A stretch of DNA of 64,000 nt from Octopus vulgaris (GCA_951406725.2 OX597822.1:47244001-47308000), one strand, 5' to 3'. Positions 26,421 through 40,514 are shown, numbered from the stretch's first letter. Program-made: numbers and translations. Notes: generated from the letters alone by a model not told the origin.

Positions 26421-27256
26421 TGCAGCAACAGCTTCTTTGATACATTTCCAAAAGTTGGTAATGCTTTGACATTGATTGATTGCAAAGCAGTTTTTTTATT
26501 GTGCATGTTTCAGAAAGGCTGAAGTTCCTACCTTGCTTATTGTGTTTATTCCAAACAGCATCCCATACTGTATAAATGCCGGAGATGCAGTCCTGGAAGC
26601 TGTCCATAGTCTTCAAGCTGAAAGTAAACTTCAGTTCTACTCTATTGTGCCTGTGGTACCTATCTGGTACTCACCTCTCCTTAAGAAAACCAACGAGTGG
26701 TCTCTGCAAGGTTGCTTGACCTGCTAGAAATAGTAGCCTATATATATCTCAAGTTTCATGCTACTATTTTAAAACAGTAGTCACATTGGACAGAGTAAAT
26801 GGAGACAGTCATGATTGGAATGCTTTTAGTTTATATCTGCTTGCTCAGGGTTGATCTGGGGTTAAACTAAACACAGGAAACCAGGGTATTTTGGAAAGAG
26901 AAGGGATTGGGGGTTGGGTAGTAAGTCAAAGCCATTGATATTTCTTTCCTTCACTTCAAAATTTAACAAACTGCACCAGAAATTTAAACCCGAGAACATC
27001 AAAATATGACACTAAATAGTGTAACACCTTTAATATTAGCCCCCATTCCTGCACACACCTACCAACTACTTCGGGTTGACTCACAACATGTGGTTATATG
27101 GTCTACATTGTCTCCAGTTTTGTTCAGTTAGGATGTTGGTGTTGATGATGATGGATGTTAAACAATCATTATTGATTAGGATGAAGACAATGACAACGAT
27201 AATGGTGATGACAGTGATGGCAGCAATGATAATAATGATAAATGAAGATATTTGAT

Positions 27257-27292
<36 letters not shown>

Positions 27293-27945
27293 AATAATGA
27301 GGATGATGATGATGATGATGATAATAATGAGGATGATGATGATGGTAACAATGATGATATATAATGATTAAGGTTGGTGATAATTGATTGTGATGGCAAT
27401 GGTGGTAGTGGTGGTGGAGAGGAAGTGATGATGAAAATATCAATGTCAGTGAAACCATCTTACCATAAGGGTTCATGTTAGCCCACTCTATCACACACAC
27501 ACACACACACACACACACATGCAAACGCACACATGCAAACGCACACAACTCCTGCTAAATTCTCTTTATTTTCTAAATGTAAGTAAATGTTAGCCACCAC
27601 TGCCGCCACTAGCCATTACCACAACCATCTCCTCCACCATCACCATTCCCTATGCTCTCTCAATGCTACTATCATTTTCATCATCATCATCACTGCCACC
27701 ATAATCACCATTATGTTCAGTCTCCATGAGCTGCTCTAATTCAAATCTAACTTTCTTCATCATTGTTTTGACATCCCCTTTTCTATGCCTACATGGGTCA
27801 GACAGTTTTCTCAGGTAGATTTTCTATGGCCAGATGCTTTTTCTGTCACCAACCCTGAGTTGTATCCCTACCAAGCAAGGTAATATTCCTCCATGGCCAG
27901 ACATGTTTTCACAGAAAATTACGAATGAATGACATTCATTTATAA

Positions 27946-28253
27946 CAGTGGTTCTCAAACCTTTTCAGGTCACTGCTCCCTTGACACTTGGGCCACATTC
28001 CTAGTGCCCCTATCCCAAGTAACCATCACAAACATAGACCCCTTTCTGAAGCAAATTTAAAGCAACTGTATTTCACAAATAAAACTTAACATAATGAACC
28101 CATTATTTTGTTGATTTTACATGAATCGCTACCCCATTATCACCCCACTTTTTACATGAATCGCTACTCCATTATTGCTCCGCTTTTCTTCAATGCTCCC
28201 TAGGAACTCCCCCCTGGGGAGGAGGGGAATCCTGCCCATTTTGGGAACCACTG
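27946..28253. mobile_element. hAT-type MITE with 8-bp TSD
   Basis: TIRs CAGTGGTTCTCAAA / TTTGGGAACCACTG. TSD ATTTATAA (27938-27945) / ATTTACAA (28254-28261). It interrupts an older family F repeat. Confidence 0.88.
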
Positions 28254-28689
28254 ATTTACAACAATCACTTTATGTCAAGACAAAGAAGCACAAATGTGCA
28301 CACTTCCTTCCATAAATAAATAAATATTATTAATGCTGCGACATGTTCCTCTGACTCTACCTTGCAGCATTGGCTGTAAACCCAGGTATCACTACCCGTA
28401 ACATAGGAGCCTGGGTGACCACTTTTAGTTTATGCTGGTTGCTGCTGGGGCCTCAGGTTTTCTTGGGATCCTACACTGCTGATTACCTTTGCAAAATTTG
28501 ATGACTGCAGCTTGTCTGAGAAAGGAGCCCTGCAAGATGGGTGGCTGCTGCAGTGAGTGCTGCTGGCCACTCTCCATTGCAAAGCCTTTGCAATCATGTC
28601 CGTGAGGCATTGTTGTACACGCAATTTAGTTATTCTCTCCTCCCCCATCTTCTAGCATTTAAGCATGCCTTGCATTTGAAAAACTGACT

Positions 28690-29075
28690 GCAGGCATGGC
28701 TGTGTGGTTATGAAGCTTGCTTTGCAACCACATGGCTTCAGGTTCAGTCCCACTACACAATACCTAGTACTATCCCCAGGCCAGACCAATGCTTTGTGAG
28801 TGGATTTGGCTGATGGAAACTGTGTAGAATCTTGTTGCGTGTGTGCGCATGCGTGCACGTGTTTGTCTTTGTGTTTGCACCTCCCCATCTCCCCATTGTT
28901 TGACAACTGGTGTTGGTTTGGTAACTTAGTGACTTGGCAAAATGAGACTGATAGAATAAGTACCAGATATTAAAATGAATATGAGGATTGATTTTCTTTT
29001 TTATTTGACTAAACCCTTTAAAGTGGTGCCCCAGCATGGCCCCTGTGCAGTGACTGAAACAAGTAAAAGATAAAA
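28690..29075 (+). mobile_element. SINE family A, full length, CpG-decayed
   Basis: gcaggcatggctgtgtggtta...ggttcagtcccact...gtggtgccccagcatggcc...gaaacaagtaaaagataaaa. Confidence 0.88.
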
Positions 29076-30650
29076 CATATACTATATATTAATCTAAATT
29101 CATAGTGTATCATCATAAGATATTATGAAATAGTATGGTATCTCTTGAAGTTTAAAGGATACTGTATTTTATGGCATACAAATCGATATAGTATACAGCA
29201 TAGAATATGAAGTGCAAACATTCAAACATCTCTATCTTCCAAATCCTGCTGCTTTTCAATCAGAATTTTGGTCCTCCAAAGGTCATCTTGGTGTGTAAGT
29301 TGACCTACCTCTTTTGGGGTCTGGAAAATGTAATAGGAAAAACACTTGAGTATAACAGTGTAGTGTCCCATCCATGCAGGCATGGAAGGCGAACATTAAA
29401 CCATGATGATGATGATGATGATGATGATGTGTAAATTTGTTTCGTTGGACTGCGAAATACTATAGAATACTTAAATTCTTTCTCCTTTTACTATTTCTTC
29501 CCAAACCACCACCACCACCACTACCCCCCACCTACACACCTGCACTATCCATCTCTGCTATGATTACTACTACAGCTGCTGCTGCTGCTGTTCTGTGAAG
29601 CTGTATGGTATAAAAACTGTTCTCATTTTCTTTGGCAAGGTACACAACTCTGCCTACCTTTAGCAGAGATGAACTTTGAGAATTCAGTCTGATCCTGTGC
29701 TGCAGTCTAAGTGAAGTAGTGACAGATATTCATTGACACATTCTCTGTTGGTGAAACAAATAACAACGAGGAAGTTGCCTAAGCCGTTGCAATGTAGAGC
29801 CACCTGTTGGTGTTTCTTTTTCATGCTGTATATACCTAGAGGTCAGTTTGGTGGAGTCCAATACATCTAAAAAGTTAAATACTCCACAGGTGGGACTTGA
29901 AGACATCATTACAAGCTTTGGATTTACTCAACTGTTATTTAAGAATTTCAAGAAATTTCAGCATTGACCATTTTATCTTTTTATTTAAACATAATTGTAC
30001 CCACAACTTCATTATCCAATGTGTCATTTCCCTTTTTGAGATAATAGCATGTAATTTGAGATGTTTTAGTGCTATTTCTAGCAGGGCAAGTAACTACATA
30101 GAGAAGTTGGTTGTGTGGTTAAGAAGTTTCCTTCCCCAACTTATGGGTTTAGTCATACTGCATTATATGGGCATTATATGGCTCTGGGATAACCAAAGCC
30201 TTGTGAGCGGATTTGGTAGATGGAAATTGAAAGAAGCCCATCTTGTATATATATATATATATCGTGTGGTTGTTGTAAATGATTGTCAGTCATATGAGCA
30301 GCATCATTCATTCACAACATTCTGCCAAAACATGTCTGGCCATGGTGAAAATATTAGCTTGCTTGGAAAAAGGAGAAGGTTGACAACTGGAAGGGCATCC
30401 AGCCATAGGAAATTTACCTCAATAAACTAAGTGTTGCCCATGCAAGACCCACAGAAAATAAATGTTAAAGTGATTATGAGGTTCCAATTGTTAACTGGTA
30501 TTGTTGAAGTTAATATCAGTTCAGACATTTGAGGATGATGTGTTATCAAGTTAATGACTCCCAAAGTACAAGATATTCCAGTCATATGAAGAGAGAACAT
30601 GGCTAAATCAACAGCAGATTCCCTGTGTGTGTGTGTTTTTTTTATTATTA

Positions 30651-30900
30651 TTTAGCCCCAAATCAGTCTTGATCCAACAGCTCCAGGTCACCAAGTTTTC
30701 ATTTAGCTCCAGTTCAGTCTTGATCCAAGATCTCTAACTCAACAAGTTGCCATTTACTTCCAGGTCAGTCTTTACCCAACATCTGTAGGTCAGCAAGATA
30801 TTTCCTTTGTTCAGTCTTCGTCCAACAGTTCTAGATAAGTGAATTGCTGTTTAACTCCAGGTCAGTCTTGATCTAGCATCTCCAGATCAATGAGTTGACT
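30651..30900 (+). repeat. ~50-bp minisatellite, about 5 units
   Basis: Unit approximately TTTAGCTCCAGGTCAGTCTTGATCCAACATCTCCAGGTCAACAAGTTGC, starting near 30651, 30702, 30753, 30800 and 30850. Confidence 0.8.
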
Positions 30901-31473
30901 GCAATCTAATAGGACCAGATCAAATGTGTTGTCTAGACTTTGTCCAGTGAGTACGTCTTTACAATTTTTAAGATAGTTGTGTATGAGTGAAGATTTAGCT
31001 GTTATTTCCAGCAGATCAAGTGACCCTATAGGTGCTCCCTTCTAGCTTGATTTCTGCTACAGCACCTCTGTTGGAAGAATTTTGAGAAATCTATATATTT
31101 GACAAGTTAATGAGGATCTAGTAAGATGTATCATTAGATGTAATGAAGTTGCTGGTCTTGCTGTGAACAGGAAACTAGTGGAAGCAAGGTTGTCTGGTGT
31201 TCTAAATTCACTGTGGACTAACCTTTAACCTCTTTATGGAAATAGAAGAGGATGTCATGAGTAAGAAGGAGTCAATGAAATCAACCTGTCTGAGGTAGCA
31301 TGTTTACAACATTTACATCATCATCATTGTATGCCTATTTACAATGTTGGATGGTTTGGCGGGGTCTGACAAACCACAGAACTGCCAGGGGACCCAATGT
31401 TAGCTTTGGCATGGTTTCTATAGCTGCATGCCCTTCCTAACATCAACAACTTTGCAATATATGCTGTATGCAA

Positions 31474-31690
31474 GGCGGCGATCAGGCAAAATTGTTAGCA
31501 CGCTGGGCAAAATGCTTAGCGGTACTTCATCTGTCTTTAAGTTCTGAGTTCAAATTCTGCTGTGGTCGACTTTGCCTTTCATCCTTTCGAGGTTGATAAA
31601 TTAAGTACCAGTTATGTACTGGAGTCGATACATTGACTGGGGCCCCCTCCCCAAAAACTTCGGGCCTTGTACCTAGAGTAGAAAAGAATA
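31474..31690 (+). mobile_element. SINE family B, full-length monomer
   Basis: ggcggcgatcaggcaaaattgttagcacgctgggcaaaatgcttagcgg...gactttgcctttcatcctttcgaggttgataaattaagtaccag...gtagaaaagaat. Confidence 0.9.
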
Positions 31691-32659
31691 TATGCTGTAT
31701 GCTTTATTTCTGTGACAGTGGCACTAGTGAGGTGACCAAGTAAGTTGCAAGACAAAGAAAGGACGGGGGTGATGGTGCCATTTTGACTGGTGTCTTGCTA
31801 TACAAGAGATACAGGACTAACCCTACATCATGTGGAAGTGGGTGGGAGTACCTTGAAAAGTGACAAAGATGGTGCCGACAGAGTGCCAGAACATACTCTA
31901 AAGGTATAAGAAGGTGAGTAGAAGGAAGAATATAACCTGTAGATCAGGAGGAAAGGAGAAGGTGGGTTATTTCATAGGAATGTGGGAGGAGAGTGATGAA
32001 TGGTTAAAGATTGGGCTAGAGATGAATGTAGTGAATGACAAAAGAGGGTGAAGGTGTGGAAATATCAGAATGGCAGAGGGGGAGGTGAGAGAGATAGATG
32101 TGTTAAAGAATTAGATATTTTCACCACAGATGCAATGCAATGTGGTGGTGGTTACAGGATTTGAACTGCTGGCCTTTAGCCATCTATGTTCTCAAAAACA
32201 TCGGCATCGGTGTTCATATGTGTAGACAAGCACAGTCTGCTGTACCAAAAGTCTAGTTGGTGGTAGTAGTGCATCCGTTGTAGAGCTGTCTGTCGGTGCT
32301 GACTGAAATAGTAACTTTATTGATTCTTCTGTCACTAGTTGATGTACTACTGCATTGAAAACATCAACTTGATGCTGGTGTTGCTGCTACTGCTGGAGAT
32401 GGGTAGATAGATGTTAGGTCAGGTCACCTTGCTCACTCGTGCTAGCCTGTTGCGCCCTCCAAATAGTCTGTTGGAACAATAGAAAGAGAAAGAGGGAGAG
32501 AGAAGACCCATTGACAACAGCCCAAGTCAGGAATATTGTTCTCAGCCTTTATTTTACTCCAGATCAATCCTGATTGAGCAGACTTATGATTAAAGATGTT
32601 TTTTCAGTTGTGACTCATTCTGTCTTTTTTTTTTTAAAATATACCTAGAACTACATCAT

Positions 32660-33350
32660 CTCTTTTATCTTTATCCTTTTAGTTGCTTCAGTTGCTGGGG
32701 CACTGCCTCGGAGTTATTTGTACAGATTGATTTCAGTACATATTTTTAAAATCTGGTACTTATTTCATCTGTCTTTTTTGTTGAACTGCTAAGTTACAAG
32801 GATGTAAACAAATCAACACTGGTTCTCAGACCATGTGTTTGTAAAGAGACATGCAAAAACACACAGACACACAACAGGCTTCCACACAGTTTCTGCCTAC
32901 CAAATTCGCTCATAAGGCATTATATTATAGCCACAATATTTATGGCTTTGTGGTTAAGCAGCTTGCGTTACAACCATGTGGTTTCGGGTTCAGTCCAACT
33001 GCATGGCACCTTGGGCAAACGATTTTCTTTTACAGCCCCAAGCTGACCATTGCCATATATGTGAATTTCATAGGCGTCAATGTGGAAGCCCTTCATGTAC
33101 ACATACACAGAGCGAGAGGTGTGTGTGTCTTTGTGCCTGTATTTGTCACCACCATCCATCACTGCTTGACAACTGATGTTGGCTTGTTTACATCATCCTT
33201 ATAACAGTGATTTTAGAATTAGTACCAGAATAAAAAAGAAAAAAGAAAAATCATCATACGTACCAGAGTTGGTTTGTTCCACTAAAACACTTCAAAGGCA
33301 GTGCTCCAGCATGGCCACATTTCAATGACCGGAATGAGTACAAGAAAAAA
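32660..33350. mobile_element. Inverted, adjacent pair of family A SINEs (32660-32925 -, 32940-33350 +)
   Basis: Tail motifs point outward on both sides. Confidence 0.75.
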
Positions 33351-33765
33351 TGTTTGAATTCTTTTCTTTTAATGTGAACTTGGGTTGGATGAGTCTTAAA
33401 ATTTATACATTTAAAGAATAGTTGCTGCTGGTATTTTTCTAACCAAGGGGACACTGCCTTCCCACGCAACCATAAATATTGTACAGTGTATATTGTTACA
33501 CTTATTATTTTGACAGATGCTAGCAGGGTGGTTGGATGATGGGGGAACTTTTTCTATTGCTTATTGTACTTAGACTGGATAATGTACTGATAGTGAATGA
33601 AAGTGGAGGATTTGTAGTGACAGATGAAACAGTATGATGTGTGTGTGTGGGATGAATGATAAAATAAAAATTATGGTGTGTGTGAATAGATGGTAGGATG
33701 TGATTTGAGATATTTGGCTGTTATTTTTAGCAGTTCATGTAGAGCCTTCCTCATTGGCTTGATTG

Positions 33766-33805
<40 letters not shown>

Positions 33806-34339
33806 AAGATGTGTATGTGTATGTGCAATGGTATTGTTGCATAGTTCTGGATGTAGAGGACCTGCAGTGATTTGGCTGTTTGTAAGATGTTTTTGTGAAA
33901 GGCTAGAAACTGTGGCAGGGACTTGAAAGTCAAGTTGAATCTAGCTACCAGCTAATAACCTCTGGTAAATTTGAAGAAGTCACATTAACACCTCTGGTAA
34001 AGTTGAAGGAGTCACATTAACCCTTGGTTAAATCCACTTTGTGCCAACTTAGCCATTAACTGTTTTAAAAAATCCCTATTGAATTCATTCATGTATGCAT
34101 TAAGGCAAGCGCAATGATATGAAGATGTGATGTAACTAGACAAGACCTGCTTCAAAATAGTTGTGACCATTTTCAAAGAGTAAAGAGTAGAAAAGCACAG
34201 AGGTAATATAAAAAATATAAATGACCCTACTCCATTTATTTCATGGTTTGACTGTCCGGGTATGATTACGTGGTTTTAAGTAGGTAAGAGATAAATAAAT
34301 CTCTCACTCCTTAAGGACGGAATGCTGGGCTCTGTCAAA

Positions 34340-34552
34340 TAATATTTGCTGTGTGTCTCTGTTGTCTGGAACACACCCTGTGGAAATCTGTTCCCAACAT
34401 TTCAAAGCAAGTCCTCCAATGGACACTCCCCAGGGAGATACATGCATGGCAGGTGACTACACTTGGGGACATCAACAATCCATTGCTTAAGATTGGGGCA
34501 AATGGAGATCTCTTGTTGGTTCCTTATGCTCAGTATGGTGTTTAAGGATTAA
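34340..34552 (+). mobile_element. Decayed RTE-like LINE 3' end
   Basis: Peptide pieces LEHTLWK..NISKQVLQWT and WRSLVGSLCS resemble the RTE ORF C-terminus. Confidence 0.45.
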
Positions 34553-35680
34553 GAAATATTTCTGTTCTTGAGAAGTGAACCCAACAAATACAGAAGTGAA
34601 CCCAACAAGTACTTGCAAGAAAATTGCTGTTATGGATTTGAACTCCAGCCCTTAAATCATTTCGTTTCTGTGAAGAATGTTTGGGTCATGACTTTTAAAT
34701 TTTGAGATTGTCAGAGTTATTGGGAAGTTAAGAGCAAACCTCTCAGCATTTAATGTTTGCACGATATCACATAGCACTTCCTTGTTGGTGTAGAATGGCA
34801 TTGAATGGAGATTGACCCAACACTGGGTCATCTCTATCCTTATTAAACATTTATCATATTCATTACCGTGACTGACATGCATCATTGTCATCTAAAAGCA
34901 AGGCAACAAATCCCCTATTTTTCTTGTATTTTGAGCGGGGGGGGGGGGGATATGTAAATAGGAGGGAAAATATATTTTCAATGCAGAAAGTATAAATGTG
35001 GAGTATCAGGTTTTTTTTTTTACCCCTTTCCCTTGTCCCCTATTTACTGCTACAATTACAAGTCAGGGTATATGGTGCCCTGACCCCTTGTACTTTTAAA
35101 TAAAATTTAGTTCTATTTTATGTTGGCAGTGGTGGTGGTAGTGGTAGTGTCAAAGTGGTGGCGGTGGGGTTTGGATCATTTTACTTCTTCCTCATTATTC
35201 TACATGCAAGTAACACACACACACGCACGTGCGTGCGCGCAGGAGAAAGGCAACAGGGTGTAGACCCCCACTGAAAATAAAGCATGTAACATGTGTAGTT
35301 TGGTACTGTTACTGTTTATTGTTTTTTTTTATAAGTCAAGGGGTGGGTGGATGAGATGAGGGGAAGGTTTGTGTATAATGGGTGTGTCACTTCTTGGAGT
35401 GGAGCATGTTGTGGTGTACATAGTCACTGTTCAAAATATCTAGCATCTAACTTGTTTTACTCTAACACCACCACCACCACCACCACCCATCTTTCCATTT
35501 TGTCTCCCAACTTCTGCACCCCCCCCCTTCAACCTGGGTGGAGAGGTGGCAACAGGGTGGGGCGAGGATTAGAAGGAGTCTTACAAGCAGCTGTTTAGCT
35601 TTACTCATTTCTTAGAAGCAACAGCAATAAACTGTGGCCTGAACTGGTTTATGGGAGTGGGGGTGCAGACAGAATGTACA

Positions 35681-35728
<48 letters not shown>

Positions 35729-35874
35729 CTATCTATCTCTTTCTCACATCCACTTCCATCCAGGTATGTCTACAGATATATTCAAACTGTGTTTTTGGGC
35801 AAGTATGTAATATACATATATTATATATATATATATATATATAATATATGTATATGTGCAACTTTTGTGGATAG

Positions 35875-36255
35875 GTGCAGGAGTGGCTGTATGGTAAGAA
35901 GCTTGCTTTCCAATCACATGGCTCTCAGTTCAGTCCCACTGTTTGACACCTTGGGCTATTGTCTTCTACTATAGCCTCAGGCTGACCAAAGCCTTTTCAG
36001 TGGATTTGGTGAACAGAAACTTAAAGAAGCCTGACATAAATATGTGTTTGTGTGTCTGTGTTTGTCCCCCCCAACCATTACTTGACAACCGATGTTGGCT
36101 CGTCTTCGTTCCTGTAACTCATTGGTTTGGCAAAAGAGACCTATAGGATGAGTACTAGGCTTACAAAGAATAGGTTCTGGGATCGATTTGTTCGACTGAA
36201 GGCGGTGCTCCAGCATGGCCGCAATAAAAAATGGTTGAAATAAGTAAAAGAGTAG
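35875..36255 (+). mobile_element. SINE family A, full length
   Basis: gcaggagtggctgtatggtaagaagcttgc...ggcggtgctccagcatggccgca...aagtaaaagagta. Confidence 0.9.
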
Positions 36256-36345
36256 AAGAACCATGTATCTGTCTGTTTTTATGTTTATGTACACATGTTC
36301 ACGAATACATCTACAAACAGATGTGCACACACACAAAACTTTGTG

Positions 36346-36386
<41 letters not shown>

Positions 36387-36979
36387 TCTTGGTCCTCCTC
36401 CAGAAAAAGAAGTGGGTGAGTGTGGTGGAAGATAGGCAGATTCATCCATTGTGTATTAAATTGTGTTTGTGTGCCATGTGGCCATCGCCATATCTCTTTC
36501 TTTCAACTCCACTCTTTCTCTTTTTCTCTCTCTCTTTCCTTTTCTCTCGTTCTGCTCCCTCCCCCTCTTCCTCTCTAAACTAGTGCAGCCAATCTCAGCT
36601 GTTCCAATGCTTACTCACTGCTTCAGTGAACATCTTGTTAACAGGTTTGATTTTTTTTTTCTGTTTGTTTATATATGGTGTTGTTGTTGGTGGTGGTGGC
36701 AGCAAAGTACAGTGAGAGTACAAGTTTTTGTGCTGGGTGAGTGGGGTGGTGGAGAGCTTGTTGAAAACCATAGGAAGTGGGGGCTAACATGCTGGTAAAG
36801 CATCCTGTTGAATATGGATCACATTCAGCATCAACATCAACAAGCTGAATGGGGGAGGAGAAAATAAAAAAAGAAGTAGAAAAAAGGAAATGGCTCCTTA
36901 ATGGCTTCTAAGACAAGGACCACAATCTCTCTTGATGTAGCATTTTGTCATCAATGAATCATCAAATATATCAGAAGGT

Positions 36980-37340
36980 ACATCATCATCATCATTATTT
37001 AATATCCGTTTTCCATGCTGGCATGGGGTGGCAATCCAGGAGGCCACACCAGACTCAAAATCTGATCTGGCAATGTTTCTACAGTTAGATGGCCTTCCTA
37101 ACGTCAACCACGTTGTATAGTGTATAGTGGGTGCTTTTTATGTGCCACCGGCATGGGAGCCAGTCAAGTGGCACTGGCATCGCCCATGTTTGGATGGTGC
37201 TTTCTATGTGCCACCCGCACGGGCATTGGCCACGTTCAGATGGTGGTGGTTTTTAAGTGCCACCAGCACTGGAGCCAGTTAGTTGGCACTGGCATCGGCC
37301 ACATTTGAATGGTGCTTTTTACATGCTACCGGCACGGGAG
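36980..37340 (-). mobile_element. (GAT)n-tailed family F retro-repeat with internal tandem subunits
   Basis: catcatcat...ccgttttccatgctggcatgg, followed by about four ggtgctttt(t)atgtgccacc...ggca subunits. Confidence 0.75.
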
Positions 37341-37529
37341 CTAGTCTGGGAGGGGGTGGGGGCCTGAAAAAATGGGAACATCAATATCACAAGGTAGGGT
37401 CATATTTGACAAGAAGGATGATCCTAAGGATTATCAAAGCATGAACCACCATGAAGAGGTGGGTGGGTGGTGGGAAACAGCAGCAGCTGGAGTAAATATC
37501 ATGATGGTAGTAATGATAATTATGAAGTT

Positions 37530-37800
37530 GCATGGATCAGTGGGTAGAACGTCAGGCTCACAATCATGAGGTAGTGAGTTCAATTCCAGGACTGGGCTGT
37601 GCGTTGTGTTCTTGAGCAAGACACTTTATTTCACATTGAGAAATGAATTGCATACATTGGTGTGGAGAGGAGTGACTGGTAATGCATGGGTGACTCCTGA
37701 TCTTCTATAAACAACCTTGCCTGGACTTGTGCCTTGGAGGGGAACTTTCTAGGTGCAGTGCCATGGTCATTCGTGACTGAAGGGGGTCTTTACCCTTTTA
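37530..37800 (+). mobile_element. SINE family D, CpG-decayed, with an internal deletion
   Basis: Collinear with 54807-55121. Confidence 0.85.
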
Positions 37801-37970
37801 GTAACGATAGTATTAGTATGTTATATAGTGTGTTGTTTAGCTCCAGGTCATCCTTGATTGAGAGGACCAATGATCAAAAGCATGCTGTTGTTCTCTGTCA
37901 ACTGAAATACACTATCAACATGTCTTAGCTACACTGTCCTGCATCATGTACTCTGTTCTCTCATTCACAC

Positions 37971-38229
37971 CAGTGGGTCTCAACTAGGGTCCTCAATGGT
38001 CCTTGGAACTCCCTGTAAGATTTTGTTGTTCAAATTTATCTGCAATAAACTGGTTGTACTTTTATAATACACAAAGTATTTTAACAATTTTTTTTTTATA
38101 CAACACCTAATGATATTTAATTATAAAACTATAATTGGATTTTTTTAAACATTGAATAGCTACCAGGGTTCATCTGAATGCAAACCGAATGAAAGAGGTC
38201 TGTGGGTAAAAAATGGTTGAGAACTCCTG
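37971..38229. mobile_element. hAT-type MITE
   Basis: TIRs CAGTGGGTCTCAAC / GTTGAGAACTCCTG. TSD ATTCACAC / ATTTACAT (two transitions). It sits in a degenerate tgtcacatatcaactacactg minisatellite spanning ~37900-38490. Confidence 0.78.
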
Positions 38230-38509
38230 ATTTACATTGTCACATATCAAACTACACTGTCAGCTACAGTCACATATTAATTACACTTTCCTCTGTCATG
38301 TACTGTGCTCTACCATCTACATTGTCATAGGCCAAATATACACTGTTGTCTGTCGTGTACTCTGTTCTCTATCAACTACACTATCATATATCAATTACAC
38401 TGTCACCTCTCAAGTACATTCTCCATTAATGTCACATATCCACTACACTGTGTCTATGCTACACTGTCATATATACGTTACACTACACTAGTTTGTGTCA
38501 AATATACTT

Positions 38510-38767
38510 GCATGCTCTGGCAGGGAGTGGTGGTGGTGATTCCTGCTGTACTCTTTCACCACAACTTTCTCTCACTCTTTCTTCCTGCTTCTGTTGTACC
38601 TGTATTTCAAAGGGCCAGCCCTGTCACGCTGAATCTCCCCAAGAACTATGTTAAAGGTACCATGTGTCTGTGGAGTGTTCAGCCACTTACACGTTAATTT
38701 CACAAGCAGGCTGTTCCGTTGATCAGGTTGACTGGAACCCTTGTCATCGTAGCCGACGGAATGCCAT
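38510..38767 (+). mobile_element. SINE family C, 3' two-thirds
   Basis: cctgctgtactctttcaccacaactttctctcac...gcaggctgttccgttgatc...gacggaatgcca. Confidence 0.88.
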
Positions 38768-38859
38768 GATGACGACTGGCATGCACACTTTTCCTGTCCA
38801 TACATTCTTGTCAGTGTGTGTGTGTGTGCGTGTGTTCATTCAGGTGGGTGATCTTAGTG

Positions 38860-39151
38860 CATCCCTTCTCAAACTATCTGATGTGGCGTACTGGCAGTTT
38901 TTTTTTTTGCCAATGTGCTAGGGACCAGTAATATTTCTTAGTATATTAATTTATACTGGAAACAATATATATAATTAATATAATAAAAGTTGACATTTTA
39001 AAAAAATCTTATATTTATTTTGTAAACAAACAACACAATATTACATAAGCATTTTATAATGTTTTTTTCTTTTCTGGAAACTCTCCGCGTACGGGCAGCC
39101 GATGGCTCGCAGGCCAGCACCGGTCCATGGACCTCACTTTGTGTAGCACTG
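38860..39151. mobile_element. hAT(Charlie)-type MITE, degenerate
   Basis: 5' end catcccttctcaaact; 3' end ccggtccatggacctcactttgtgtagcactg; AT-rich interior. Confidence 0.6.
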
Positions 39152-40164
39152 CCTTATAGCCATTGTGCACCATTAGACTTGGTGGAGGTGAAATCAGTTG
39201 ATATTGCCTGTCCTTCACTTTGCAAATGTCAGATCACTTTTTTTGTTGGTAAGTTATCCCTTGCTATTGCTGCCCCTTTACAAACTACCCTTAAAAATCA
39301 CATTAATACATTAACAAGCCGTTCTCCTCTTTCTTCCTCATTGCATAGTCTTTCTCTATCCTAGCAGGAGAGTTATATTTTGCTGTCCCTTGTATGATGT
39401 CCTCCAGATCAGTTACAGACCACTTGTGGATATTTATTTGTGGTTTATGGTCCTTTGTTCCTTATTTTGTGGCTACTCATAATGTATTTTATTAGTGGGT
39501 CTTTGTCACGTGGTGTTCTGCCTAATCTGTACTCTGTGTACAACTAGGTAGTAACCAAGTATCTTCTCTTTTGCTGCTGGGCCTTTTCCATTGTATTTTG
39601 TACACATTTAACATTTACTTAGGTAACTATCTTCTCTTGTTGGTTCTGTAACTTCACACTTATATCTTATACACATCTATCATCGTCACCACCACCACCA
39701 CCTCTTGCCATCATCATCACCATTGTTGTCATCATCATCATCTAATATCTGTTTTCCATATTAGCATGGGTTGGCTGGTTTGACAGGGTTTGACCAGCTG
39801 GACATGATTTCTATAGTTGGGTACCCTTCTTAAAGCCAACCACTTTACAGTGTGTACTAGATACCCTTTTTCTGTTTTATTCTTATTACCTTTTTCTGAA
39901 ACTGGCACCAGTGAGGTTGCCAAGTAACTTGGAAGACAAAAGTAAAGAAAGCAGAAGGGAAAAAGCCTCCTTGTCTAAGGCAGTAGATGGTAGCTTTATG
40001 CTAGGTATTGAAGGCCAAAATATGATAGAAGGATAAGCACAGGTATCTTGCTACAGGGGAGACACAAGGCTATCTCACATTATGCAAGGGTGTGTGAGAG
40101 TATCTGGAAGGGAGATAACTGAATGTCTTGTCTTGGTGCTGGGTCCTCATACTATACTTAGTAT

Positions 40165-40514
40165 CAGGGTTTCTCAACTTTTTTACCCTTGCGTAACCCT
40201 TAAAATAAATTACGTCTCAAGGAACCCCTGCACAAAAAAAATTATATACTATATCTTTCTCATTTTTTTCATTGTAGTTCACATGGTAAATATCGTAAAT
40301 GTCATGTGTGTATATATATATATTTTTTTTTTTGATAACATAATAGGTTAGATAGGACGATGTCTATATTACAATAACCAATAATATGTTGTGCATGTAT
40401 AGTTATATTACGATCATAGAATTAGCACTAGCTTAACTTGCTCTTTCTCGCAGAACCCCTAGGAATCTTTTCTGGAACCATAGGGATCCAGGGAACCCCA
40501 GTTTAGAAACGCTG
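40165..40514. mobile_element. hAT-type MITE
   Basis: TIRs CAGGGTTTCTCAAC / GTTTAGAAACGCTG, with subterminal ggaacccc repeats. TSD unclear. Confidence 0.7.

Noticed and set aside
30651-30900. CRISPR-like periodicity
   Set aside because: The units are degenerate along their whole length, there are no unique spacers or cas genes, and the context is eukaryotic.
34652-34891. 79-aa minus-strand ORF with a vague transposase-like look
   Set aside because: No motif that I can name with confidence.
39341-39362. TTGCATAGTC, matching the start of miR-153
   Set aside because: Only 10 nt match and no precursor hairpin is evident.
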